Origin: Candidatus Bathyarchaeota archaeon
Lineage (GTDB): Archaea > Thermoproteota > Bathyarchaeia > Bathyarchaeales > Bathycorpusculaceae
Direction: 5' to 3'
Length of the DNA stretch: 64,000 nt
Assembly: GCA_963702095.1 (NCBI GenBank)
Contig: OY969706.1
Coordinates: forward strand, 960,001-1,024,000
A program made the translations under genes and the position numbers. The number at the start of each line of letters is the position of its first letter. Positions within the stretch are counted from its first letter, which is position 1. Below are positions 29,334 through 38,619 of the stretch, piece by piece. The notes below the pieces were generated by a model that was not told the origin of the DNA, ran no database searches, and saw only the letters and a program-made list of their open reading frames with translations.

Positions 29334-30946
29334 CTATCTTGGTATTGTTGCATTGCCATCTCCCCAGACACGTAACTGTGTGGTGGAATTGCATTGATTC
29401 ACTGGGTCCCAAACTACTTGCTGATTTAGATACAAATCGCTAAGCACAAAGCTGCAGTTGTTTACAAATTGTGAGGCTGCATTGAGAGCATTCCGTACAT
29501 TGTATCCTTGGAGAAGGTAATCGAAAAACAGGTAAACAAATTGCGCTAAATTTCGGTCAGGTCGTTGCCCCAAAGCAGTGTAACAAGGTGAGATCCATGT
29601 AAAGCAAATGAAAACATGGTCAGAGTTGTCAGCAGTTAGATATCCATCGTCACATATTTCGCTGCTTGGATCAGTGATGTCCAGCCATGATGCGAGCATA
29701 CCCCAAGCGTGATCTCCTGAGATCTCTCCAGCCCTGCTAGGATCGCCTTCTACGCATGACCAGAGAAAAACGAAGTCATGCGTGCCACGTGTATGACTCG
29801 TTACAGTTTTTGCAGCTTGCACATTAGCAAAAAGCTCATAGTCTGTTATAGGGTCCAGTGTATCGTAACCGTTTATATCGACGACTCCCCAATGTTGTAC
29901 GTCACATTCAGGAGTACCGCAGCCACCAGCACTCTCATTCAGCCAGAAATGCCCTTTGTAGATAACTAAGGAATAATCGCATACTATTTCGTTCGCATAT
30001 GTATTATAATAGACAGTATCTGGATACGTTCCGTCATTTCTATCTCCCCAATCATCGATACAAGGGTTATATTTGCCAGTATTAGAGAACTCCGTTGTAA
30101 TAGGACGAGACTTCGCCTGACATAGTACGCTCAGCATTTCCGCCGTACTCTGCGGGGTACCAGAGGGTGCCATAGGATGTCATACTTGGTGTTCTTAACA
30201 AACCATAGTCATAGTATGTATTGAGTTGATCCATTAAGACTTGACCTAAAAAATAACAGGTCTTTAGAACATTATTGCTTGAATCTAAAACTTGTATATA
30301 GCAAGCTTGAAGTCCGGTAGTGTCTGCTGTCCAATAATCTACTGCTCTGATAACGACTGAGACGGTTGAACTTGAGAAACCTGATAGATTTAGGATACCT
30401 GATGTATCTTGTCTCCAACCAATCCATCCGCCATTGCTAGTAGCAGGGTAGCTACAGGCCTGTATAGAGTTGTAATCGCTGATTGGATGCTGTACGTTAT
30501 CTACTGTCGTTCTAAACTCCTCATCATTCATATGTCGCCTTGAGTTCGTGGTCAACTACATAAAGTTCTGCAAGAGTTACGGGATCACCGTTGTAATCAT
30601 AATACCATTGCCAGTAAACTCGCAATTTCTTTCCGTCAAGATAGCTTCGGTCAAATGGCATAAAGATGTAGGCGTCACCAAGGCCGTTATCTGTTGACAT
30701 GGCTTAAAGAACTGAGCCGGAGTCTTTACTAAAAGTGTATGCCGGAGTGTATGCGTTCCATTGTTTGTACTCTTTTAATGCTTCTGTGCTGTATAAGTCT
30801 GTGGAATCTGCTTTAACGGGTGCAATACCGATGAAAAGGGATGCAAGAAGTGAAAGCAATAGCAAACTTGGAATAACGATTTTCCTATGCAATTTTTTTA
30901 TTCTCCCAAATTTGTGTCTAAGAGCTAAGGCGTTAGCCCTCAGCAA
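29334..30946 (-). pseudogene. large secreted protein interrupted by an in-frame TAA (30704-30706) and two frameshifts
   Basis: signal peptide (LLLLSLLASLFIGIAPVKA); the frame continues after the stop (MSTDNGLGDAYIF...), then passes to ORFs 30082..30555 and 29334..30173 ending LRVWGDG. Confidence 0.6.
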
Positions 30947-31063
30947 GATACAATATACATTATTTGCTAATAAAACTTACGCAACACTTATGATTTATTT
31001 CATAATTATTCAGAAACTGAATAAATTGCGAAAAGTTACTCTTGAAAGCAAGGGGTCTTCGCT

Positions 31064-31194
31064 TCTGCTTGCGGTTTGCTCTACAACCAGCCCGCAACCA
31101 GCGCCGCAGCTAGAACCCAAAACACAATGGCCGCCACAAGCTGTTGGTTGTTGTTGTGTATAGGGGGTTTTCTGCAACAACTACTATAAGAAAA
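31064..31194 (+). repeat. dispersed repeat, full copy (subtype with GTTGTTG/CAACAAC hairpin)
   Basis: aligns to the reverse complement of 36880-37010 with about 8 substitutions and 2 indels (by eye). Confidence 0.9.
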
Positions 31195-31511
31195 TGTGGT
31201 ATCTTTTTTCTTAGCTATTGGTCGCGTAAGATCGCCTTTAGGAGGTGTATCAATTGGTTTTGTGTTGCATTCATCTTCTCGTTTGCAGAGCGTCTTATGA
31301 GCTGCTTTAGGATAATGCTAGCAGCTTTTTTGTCTGGTTGCTGGTTTTTGTTTCCGCATTTTGGTGAGTAAATGCATATGGGGGCACTCTTCCAACCCAA
31401 CTAGGCGAACTACAAAGCACCTGGTTTGCTTCTACATTTATTAGTATAGAAGCTAGCTAAACTAACTAAATAAAATCGCCCAAACAAGTAAGCCACAATC
31501 AAGTGACCACA

Positions 31512-31844
31512 ATGAACTTCTGTCCAGAATGCGGAGCACGGCTCCAAGTAGCCAAAAAGGGCACCACACTTAGATGCCCTAAATGCAAATACCAAAAACC
31601 TCTAAAACAAGAAGAAACAAAACAAAAAACAAACATACATCTTGGTAAATCAGTAGAAATCGCAGTCATAGACAAAAAAGCAGCATCGCTAAGACAACTA
31701 CCCACAATAAAGATTGTTTGCCCAAAATGCGGCCATACCGAGAGCGAAACTTGGACTGTGGAAACAGCAAACGAGACAATCCATTCAACGATCACTTTCT
31801 TTCGATGTACAAAATGCGGCGCAACAAATAGAGAAGCAGGCTAA
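31512..31844 (+). CDS. transcription factor S (TFS/RpoM-like) paralogue lacking the DE dyad
   Basis: two zinc ribbons (FCPECG...CPKC; CPKCG...FFRCTKCG) and LPT linker; the loop reads ETANETIHST instead of QTRSADE. Confidence 0.8.
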   Translation: MNFCPECGARLQVAKKGTTLRCPKCKYQKPLKQEETKQKTNIHLGKSVEIAVIDKKAASLRQLPTIKIVCPKCGHTESETWTVETANETIHSTITFFRCTKCGATNREAG

Positions 31845-32011
31845 TCGTTAGCGACCTTAACTTACACCTTCTGTTTCAATCAAGGTGTTGAAAGAAGAAA
31901 AGAGAAAAAAATGGCGCTTCGTCCACTACTCTAGAGACCGTTTGGTCCCGTTTTGCTGTTAGTAGTCGTCATAGGGGTTGTAGCGTCGACTGCTTCATGA
32001 CCCGTTTGTTG

Positions 32012-32329
32012 TTATTCAGGTAGGGTGAGAACGATTGGTCCGAGTGTATGCTTTACCCCGGGCAAGCTTGCAAGAATAGCCACTACATAGGCGGGGTTAA
32101 ATTCCGAATACCCTAAATCTCTAACTTCAGATCGTGTTAATTTCTTTTTTTTCTCTAAATGGTTCCATGCACGCGCTATTTCTTTAAGAGGTATGGGGCG
32201 CTGGGCTTCTGTGGATGTTTTGAGAATTATTTGGTTATTGGATACTTGGGTGATTTCAAAGGGTTTGTTTTGGTAGAGAGTTGTCAAACGTTTACCTTGA
32301 AGTTTCTTAAGCTCGACGGCTAAGTCCAT
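32012..32329 (-). CDS. hypothetical basic protein
   Basis: 105-aa ORF (LTTLYQNKPFEI...NPAYVVAIL); no confident family. Confidence 0.65.
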   Translation of the reverse strand: MDLAVELKKLQGKRLTTLYQNKPFEITQVSNNQIILKTSTEAQRPIPLKEIARAWNHLEKKKKLTRSEVRDLGYSEFNPAYVVAILASLPGVKHTLGPIVLTLPE

Positions 32330-32600
32330 AATTTTATTACCAACAGTTTTATTGTTGAATTTGGATTTAACCTTTCGTTACAAACTGCAGAGTCAATGCA
32401 ACAGCTTATACAAGTAACCTACGCCTTAGCAAAAATGAAATAGAGATTAACCGATTTTTCGAGGTCAACTCAATTTCTTTCTCCAACCAGAGTTCACAGT
32501 TTTAGGCAAAAGCTAAACGCTAAGGCACCTTGTATATGCAAAATGTATAAGCAACCTACCCCACACAAAACCATCCACACACAATCAAAAACAAGCAGGT

Positions 32601-34568
32601 TTAAGTCTTAATTCTCTCAAGCCGCAACGTATTAAGCAACAACAGCATGGTTAAGCCGTCGTCGCCTGCCGCCACCGTAAACCACAGCGGCGTCAACCCC
32701 AACAACCCCAACGCGCCCAACACGAATTTAATCGCCAACGACCCTGCGATGTTCTGTTTGGCTATCACCATGGCTTTGTCGCTGAGGTTGATGAGGTATG
32801 GAACCGCTTTCAGTTCATCCCGAACCAACACGATGTCAGCGGATTCCAAAGCCACATCGACGCCTCGGGCACCCATCGCAATACCCACATCAGACGTAGC
32901 TAAGGCGGGGGCATCGTTGACGCCGTCGCCCACCATCGCCACTAAACCACCCTTGCCCTTCATACCCTCGATGCAAGCAAGTTTGTCCTCAGGCAGCAAA
33001 TCAGCGTGCACCTCGTCAATACCTAATGATTGGGCGGTGTCTTTAGCGATGGATTCCTTGTCGCCGGTAAGCATTGTGGTTTTGATGTTTTGTTTTTTAA
33101 GTTGCCGAACGGCGGAAAGAGCGTCTTCACGCACTTCGTCCACAACGCACACCGTCGCCAACCCAGTTTTGCCCACTGAGATGCAAACAGTTGTGTGGAT
33201 GTCGCCGGCTGTGATTTCGAAGGCTTCGGCGCAGTCGCAGCCCAACTCCCGCATAAACTCCGAGTTCCCAATTGCCACGTGCTTATCGTTAACAAGCCCC
33301 ACGATACCTTTGCCGGGAACCTCCACTACATCAGTCACTTTTAACTTGCTCAAATCGATGCCGCGTTCGACGGCTCGACGCACTATCGCCTGTGCTATGG
33401 GGTGGTTGCTGAATTGGTCCAAAGCAGCAGCGTAAGAAATCGCTTCGTCCTCTGCACGGTTAAGGTCGACACGGCGCACCTCATGCACGGCTTGTCGCCC
33501 AAGCGTCAAGGTGCCTGTTTTGTCGAAAACCACCTGTTTCACCTTGGCAAGTTTCTCCACGAATACTCCGCCTTTGATGACGACGCCCCGTTTGGCGGCA
33601 ACGGTGATGGCTACGAAAATGGTGGCGGGAACTGAGATGATAAATGCGCTGGGGCAAGAAACCACCAGCAAAATGAGGGATCGGTAGAACCATGTGTCAA
33701 AGGACTGGTTAAGGATCAGGGGCAACCCTACCGCCGTGAAAACCGCCAGCAGAACCACAATGGGCACGTAGAATCGTGCAAAGCGGTCTACCAGCCGTTC
33801 TATGGAGGCCTTGCGCTTCTGCGATTCAATGACCAACTGCACGATACGGGATACGAGGGTTTCAGTGGATTTTTTGGTAACTATGATTTTTAAGACGCCG
33901 CCGGTGTTTAGGGTGCCGGCGAAGACGCAGTCGTTGACTTTTTTGGGCACAGGCACCGACTCACCTGTAACCAACGCCTGGTCCACATGGCTAAACCCCT
34001 CAACCACGTTGCCGTCCAATGGAATACGTTCGCCCGGCTTCACAAGGATAACTGAGCCCGTTTCGACCGCGCTTACGTTGACGGTTTCTTCTTTGCCCTC
34101 CGCCAAAACCCTCGCCTGCTCAGGTATGACTTTGGAGATTTTTTCGACAGTGCGTCTGGCGCGTTGCTGAATGTAGCCTTCAAGGTACTCGGCGATGCAG
34201 TAGAGAAAGAGCACGGTTGCGGCTTCAAAGCGGTAATCTAGAAACAGTGCGCCTAAACCTGCAACAGCCATCAGAAACTCGACGCTGAAACGGCGCTCAA
34301 CAACGAGTTCTTTTAACCCGACGACGCCGATGTATACGGCAACTGTCAGGATCGAGGTGTAGTAGAGTATCATGGATACGGTTATGGGGAGGTTGGTGAG
34401 TGAAACCGTGTAGCCAAACGGGATTCCACCGAAGAACAGGTCCAGCAGTCCCGCGACTATCATGGTTACGCCTAACCAAACGGCGAAGCCAACTAGTAAC
34501 CGCTTGTTCTGTTTTTCTTCGCCGATGACTATGGTTTCTTTTTTTGGTTTCTCTTCACAAGTCCCCAT
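32601..34568 (-). CDS. heavy-metal translocating P1B-type ATPase (Zn/Cd-type)
   Basis: TGES, SCPSA, DKTGT, NHPIA and GDGVND motifs. Confidence 0.92.
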   Translation of the reverse strand: MGTCEEKPKKETIVIGEEKQNKRLLVGFAVWLGVTMIVAGLLDLFFGGIPFGYTVSLTNLPITVSMILYYTSILTVAVYIGVVGLKELVVERRFSVEFLMAVAGLGALFLDYRFEAATVLFLYCIAEYLEGYIQQRARRTVEKISKVIPEQARVLAEGKEETVNVSAVETGSVILVKPGERIPLDGNVVEGFSHVDQALVTGESVPVPKKVNDCVFAGTLNTGGVLKIIVTKKSTETLVSRIVQLVIESQKRKASIERLVDRFARFYVPIVVLLAVFTAVGLPLILNQSFDTWFYRSLILLVVSCPSAFIISVPATIFVAITVAAKRGVVIKGGVFVEKLAKVKQVVFDKTGTLTLGRQAVHEVRRVDLNRAEDEAISYAAALDQFSNHPIAQAIVRRAVERGIDLSKLKVTDVVEVPGKGIVGLVNDKHVAIGNSEFMRELGCDCAEAFEITAGDIHTTVCISVGKTGLATVCVVDEVREDALSAVRQLKKQNIKTTMLTGDKESIAKDTAQSLGIDEVHADLLPEDKLACIEGMKGKGGLVAMVGDGVNDAPALATSDVGIAMGARGVDVALESADIVLVRDELKAVPYLINLSDKAMVIAKQNIAGSLAIKFVLGALGLLGLTPLWFTVAAGDDGLTMLLLLNTLRLERIKT

Positions 34569-34908
34569 TGTGATCTAAAACTCAGCGAAAAGATGTAAGG
34601 AATCAATCCCTAATAAAAGTGAACTCAACAATTTCATGGTTTCCTCGAAGTTGTTGTCTTTGGTTTTCTCTTTGCGTAGCTACGGCGGCGGCAGAGGGAT
34701 TTCCAGGCTAACGCCAATTTGACACATAAATGTCAAAACTGTAAAGTCAAAAAGCATGGAGAAAACCCCTCAATAAAAAGCCCATTTTTGAGGCGATTTA
34801 AGCCATAACTGGCGATTTTGAGCCCTTTTGTTTGTTAGGACAACCGAATTAGGCATTGGCAAATTTTAAATACAAATCGGGGCTAACAGGTGTTTTGAGG
34901 TTATTAAC

Positions 34909-34959
34909 GTGGCGAAGGCTCCGAAAAAGGCAGTAAAAAAAGCTAAAAAGAAGAAATAA
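34909..34959 (+). CDS. 16-aa Lys/Ala-rich micropeptide MAKAPKKAVKKAKKKK
   Basis: TTTTAAATA box at 34864-34872, GAGGT at 34897-34901, GTG start, TAA stop and T-rich tract at ~34989-34999. Confidence 0.5.
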   Translation: MAKAPKKAVKKAKKKK

Positions 34960-35127
34960 GCAGATATAGCACTCAGCTATACCCCTAATTTTTTCTTTTC
35001 CATACAGCACCCTGAGTTCTCTGCTGCAGCTATCTTTTTTGACATAAAAACGCTCACAACGTTTTTGGGTGCTAAAGAAGCTTTATCTAACTATTTGTGT
35101 TAAACTAGTTGGAAACGGTGAATTTAT

Positions 35128-36045
35128 TTGGAAAGCGATCCATTAAGCATAAGCTTTGCTGGTTTGCAACTGGGCAACCCCACGATGCTGGCGTCCGGCG
35201 TACTGGGGTACTCCGCCCAATCCATGGACAGAGTCGTGAAAAGCGGAGCAGGCGCGGTAGTCACCAAATCAGTAGGTGTGGAACCCCGCGTCGGCTACTC
35301 AAACCCCACAGTGGTGCAGGCGGAAGCGGGACTCATAAACGCCATGGGACTACCCAACCCCGGCATCAAGGTTTTCTCTGAGGAAATCACGTACTGCAAG
35401 ACCCTATTGAATGTGCCCTTAATCGTAAGTGTATTTGGCTATTCAGCGGATGATTACGCTTCGGTCGCGAAAAAAGCCGTTGAAGCAGGCGCAGACGCAA
35501 TCGAACTCAATGTTTCCTGTCCGCATGTGAAGCAGACGGGCGCAGAAATCGGGCAGAGCCCCAAATTCCTCTCAGAAGTAGTGCAGCAGGTAAAAGATGT
35601 AATAAATAAGCCGTTGATAGTTAAACTGTCCCCCAACGTCGCCGACATCACAATTCTTGCCCAAGCAGCCATAGAAGCAGGCGCAGACGCACTCACGGCA
35701 GTTAACACGTTAAAAGCGATGGCGATTGACGCTGAAACGCAGCTGCCGATTCTAAGCAACGTTAAAGGGGGCTTATCGGGCTCAGCCATAAAACCCGTAG
35801 CATTACGCTGTGTCTATGACATTGCAGACGCCTTCGAAGTCCCCATCATAGGCTGCGGCGGCGTCTCCAACTGGCGCGATGCCGTGGAGTTTTTTTTGGC
35901 TGGGGCGTCGGCGGTGCAGATTGGCACAGCAGTTGCTGACGACATACAAGTTTTCCAGTCAATTACTAAAGGTGTAGATATGTACTTGAGAAAGAAAGGT
36001 TATAGGAGTGTAAAAGAGATTGTTGGACTTGCCCACCCCAAATAA
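35128..36045 (+). CDS. pyrD: dihydroorotate dehydrogenase, catalytic subunit (family 1B)
   Basis: GYSNPT, NAMGLPNPG, ELNVSCPH, VKLSPN and GGLSG motifs. Confidence 0.95.
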   Translation: MESDPLSISFAGLQLGNPTMLASGVLGYSAQSMDRVVKSGAGAVVTKSVGVEPRVGYSNPTVVQAEAGLINAMGLPNPGIKVFSEEITYCKTLLNVPLIVSVFGYSADDYASVAKKAVEAGADAIELNVSCPHVKQTGAEIGQSPKFLSEVVQQVKDVINKPLIVKLSPNVADITILAQAAIEAGADALTAVNTLKAMAIDAETQLPILSNVKGGLSGSAIKPVALRCVYDIADAFEVPIIGCGGVSNWRDAVEFFLAGASAVQIGTAVADDIQVFQSITKGVDMYLRKKGYRSVKEIVGLAHPK

Positions 36046-36838
36046 CACCATGCGCACCACGCAAATCGTGAACGTGCGCGACGAAAGCCCAACAGTCAAA
36101 ACATACACGTTTACGGATCGCTTGTGCAATAAAGCTCGTCCAGGACAGTTTGTGATGCTCTGGATACCGGGCATCGACGAAATACCTTTGAGCATTATGG
36201 ATGCCTCCAACGGCGTGATCTCGGTTTCAGTGAAAGCCGTGGGCGATGCAACACGCCACATGCACACCATGGAGGCAGGCGCAACCATAGGCATCCGAGG
36301 ACCCTTCGGCAACAGCTTCACAGAGAGCCGCGGCAGAGTCCTCTTAGTCGGCGGCGGCACAGGAACCGCGCCCCTGCTGTTTTTAGCCAAACAGTTAGCG
36401 GCGAAGACAGAGCGGCTTTCGTTTGTGGAGGGCGCCAAAACCAAGGATGAACTTCTATTTGTCCGCGAACTCGGCGGAGTCTGCCAAGAAAAAAACATCA
36501 TAACCACCACCGAAGACGGCACCGCGGGGCTACAATGCCTTGTCACCCAACCCCTCGCTGACCTGCTTGACAAGGAACGCTTCGACATGATTTACACTTG
36601 CGGACCCGAGATTATGGTGAAGAAAATCTTTGATTTGACAGACGCGCGCAAGTTGCCCTTGGAAGCGAGTTTGGAGCGGCTGATGCGTTGTGGCATCGGA
36701 TTGTGCGGCAGCTGTGTAATCGGCAAGTACCGTGTCTGCCGTGACGGTCCAGTGTTTAATGCGGCGCGGCTACGGGAAGTCAGAGACGAGTTGGGTTACT
36801 CGAAAATCGGGTTTGACGGGTCAAGGATACCGTTTTAG
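36020..36838 (+). CDS. pyrK: dihydroorotate dehydrogenase electron transfer subunit
   Basis: PGQFVMLW, RGPFG, GGGTG, CGPEIM and MRCGIGLCGSC...CRDGPVF. Confidence 0.95.
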   Translation: MLDLPTPNNTMRTTQIVNVRDESPTVKTYTFTDRLCNKARPGQFVMLWIPGIDEIPLSIMDASNGVISVSVKAVGDATRHMHTMEAGATIGIRGPFGNSFTESRGRVLLVGGGTGTAPLLFLAKQLAAKTERLSFVEGAKTKDELLFVRELGGVCQEKNIITTTEDGTAGLQCLVTQPLADLLDKERFDMIYTCGPEIMVKKIFDLTDARKLPLEASLERLMRCGIGLCGSCVIGKYRVCRDGPVFNAARLREVRDELGYSKIGFDGSRIPF

Positions 36839-36879
36839 GTTTCATGGTCTTTTCAGTTGATTTTTAGGGTAAATCCTTT

Positions 36880-37010
36880 TTTTCTATAGTAGTTGTTGCT
36901 GAAAACCGCCTATACACAACAACAACCAACTGCTGGTGGTGGGCATTGTGTTTTGGGTTCTAGTCTGCGGCGCTGGTTGCGGGCTGGTTGTAGAGCAAAT
37001 CACAAGCAGA
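36880..37010 (-). repeat. dispersed repeat, full copy inverted relative to 31064-31194
   Basis: reverse complement reads TCTGCTTGTGATTTGCTCTACAACCAGCCCGCAACC...CAACAACTACTATAGAAAA. Confidence 0.9.
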
Positions 37011-37297
37011 GCCAAAGAACCCTTTTGATTTGTTAATGTGGGCTCACTTCTGCGGGGTTCGGTGTTGGGTTGTTGGGCAGGCGGTAGGGTGGAAAGCGGT
37101 TGATTAGGGTGTTATGGGCAGTTTTTGTTGGGGTGCTGTGTGTTTGCCGCAGTCCAGTGTGCGTTCAGCGTAAAGGAGGCGTTTGTTGTTCTCAAATGTA
37201 CTTAGCCTTTTAACTATTACTACTAATAATCGAATTTTTCAGAAAAATCAGAAAAGTTTAACAATCAACTCGTACATAATCTGAACGGTGAAGCTAA

Positions 37298-37552
37298 ATG
37301 CCATGTGAAGACGATACCTGTACAATCAACGCAGTAGTCACGATGGATGCCAAAGGACAAATCGTCCTGCCCAAAGACCTGCGTGAAAAAGCCAACCTAA
37401 AACCGAACGAAAAAATCGCAGTGGTCGCCTGCGAAAAAGAAGGCGAAGTCTGCTGCATAATGCTGGTAAAAGCAGACCGGTTGGTAGGCGCCGTCACCAA
37501 AGCGTTAGGTCCACTTTTAAAATCAGTAACTAATCAGGAGAATCAAGTATGA
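37298..37552 (+). CDS. AbrB/SpoVT-type regulator resembling HgcAB-associated protein HgcC
   Basis: AVVTMDAKGQIVLPKDLREKA...KIAVV..EKEGEVCCIML. Confidence 0.7.
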   Translation: MPCEDDTCTINAVVTMDAKGQIVLPKDLREKANLKPNEKIAVVACEKEGEVCCIMLVKADRLVGAVTKALGPLLKSVTNQENQV

Positions 37553-38379
37553 AAGAAGAAAAAGTAAAGAAAATAGTCAGAAACCGATATGCAAAAGTCG
37601 CCAAAACCAGCGGTTCATGCTGCGCTTCAAGGGTAAGCTGCTGCTCAGCGCCGCCCTCAAGCGATCAAGTAAGCAAACTGGTAGGTTACAGCCACGAAGA
37701 AATGAGCTCAGTACCCGAAGGTGCCAACCTTGGACTTGGCTGCGGAAACCCAACTGCGCTGGCATCGCTAAAGGAAGGCGAATGCGTCTTAGATTTAGGC
37801 TCGGGCGCGGGCTTTGACTGCTTCTTAGCTGCAAAAAAAGTCGGCAAACAAGGCAAAGTAATCGGCGTAGATATGACCCCCGAAATGCTTGACAAAGCAC
37901 GGTCAAATGCAGCCAAGGGCAAATACGCAAATGTCGAGTTCAGGCTCGGCGAAATCGAAAACTTGCCGGTCGCGGACAATTCCGTTGACGTTATAATTTC
38001 GAATTGTGTCATCAATCTCGCCCCAAACAAGAAACGCGTCTTTGAGGAAGCGTTTAGGGTTCTTGCACCCAACGGTCGAATAATGGTATCTGACATTGTT
38101 CTGTTGAAACCGCTGCCGGAGGCAGTGCAAGAAAGTGTCGAAGCATATGTCGGATGCATTGCAGGAGCTGAAATGAAAGACAAATACCTTGACCTTATAC
38201 GGCAAGCGGGCTTTAAAGACGTACAAGTCATTGAAGAAAAAACATATCCGCTTGAGTTCATAGTTAGCGAGGACGCATTCAAGGGCGCCATTGACAGATT
38301 AGACATGCCCAAAGAAGAGTTAAAGGCAACTGCAAACTCGGTTGTAAGCATCAAAGTTTCAGCAGTTAAAAAGCCCTAA
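37549..38379 (+). CDS. arsM: arsenite S-adenosylmethyltransferase
   Basis: N-terminal CC pairs, NLGLGCGNP, LDLGSGAGFDC, ISNCVINL and GCIAGA. Confidence 0.93.
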   Translation: MKEEKVKKIVRNRYAKVAKTSGSCCASRVSCCSAPPSSDQVSKLVGYSHEEMSSVPEGANLGLGCGNPTALASLKEGECVLDLGSGAGFDCFLAAKKVGKQGKVIGVDMTPEMLDKARSNAAKGKYANVEFRLGEIENLPVADNSVDVIISNCVINLAPNKKRVFEEAFRVLAPNGRIMVSDIVLLKPLPEAVQESVEAYVGCIAGAEMKDKYLDLIRQAGFKDVQVIEEKTYPLEFIVSEDAFKGAIDRLDMPKEELKATANSVVSIKVSAVKKP

Positions 38380-38619
38380 CTCTCCTTTTATTTAAATTTA
38401 GGAAAGAATTAACCTTAAGCCCGATTTTTTTGTGGCAAGAAAACCTGCATCAGCAACAAAGATGGGCTCTTTTCTTTGAAAAATCCTGAATGGGTTGGCG
38501 AAGCAACTGAGATTTTGAAACGGCATGGATTCTCTAAGGTTAAAATTACTATGCACTATTGATTCAGAAAACATAGGCGTCAAAGTTAGCCACGAACGTC
38601 GCTCTCTGAGCGCTTAACC

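Noticed and set aside
31215-31400. Second TFS fragment (PKCG, DKKAAS)
   Set aside because: The similarity is limited to two short words and no zinc-ribbon pattern is present
32647-34170. Long antisense ORFs (also 5117..5713, 37686..38354, 62467..62961 and others)
   Set aside because: These are shadow frames opposite well-supported genes and show no motifs of their own
34680-34737. tRNA gene or dif site
   Set aside because: Only a vague resemblance to a tRNA 3' end, with no TTC loop or cloverleaf; the palindrome lacks the TAA-N6-TTA core of dif sites
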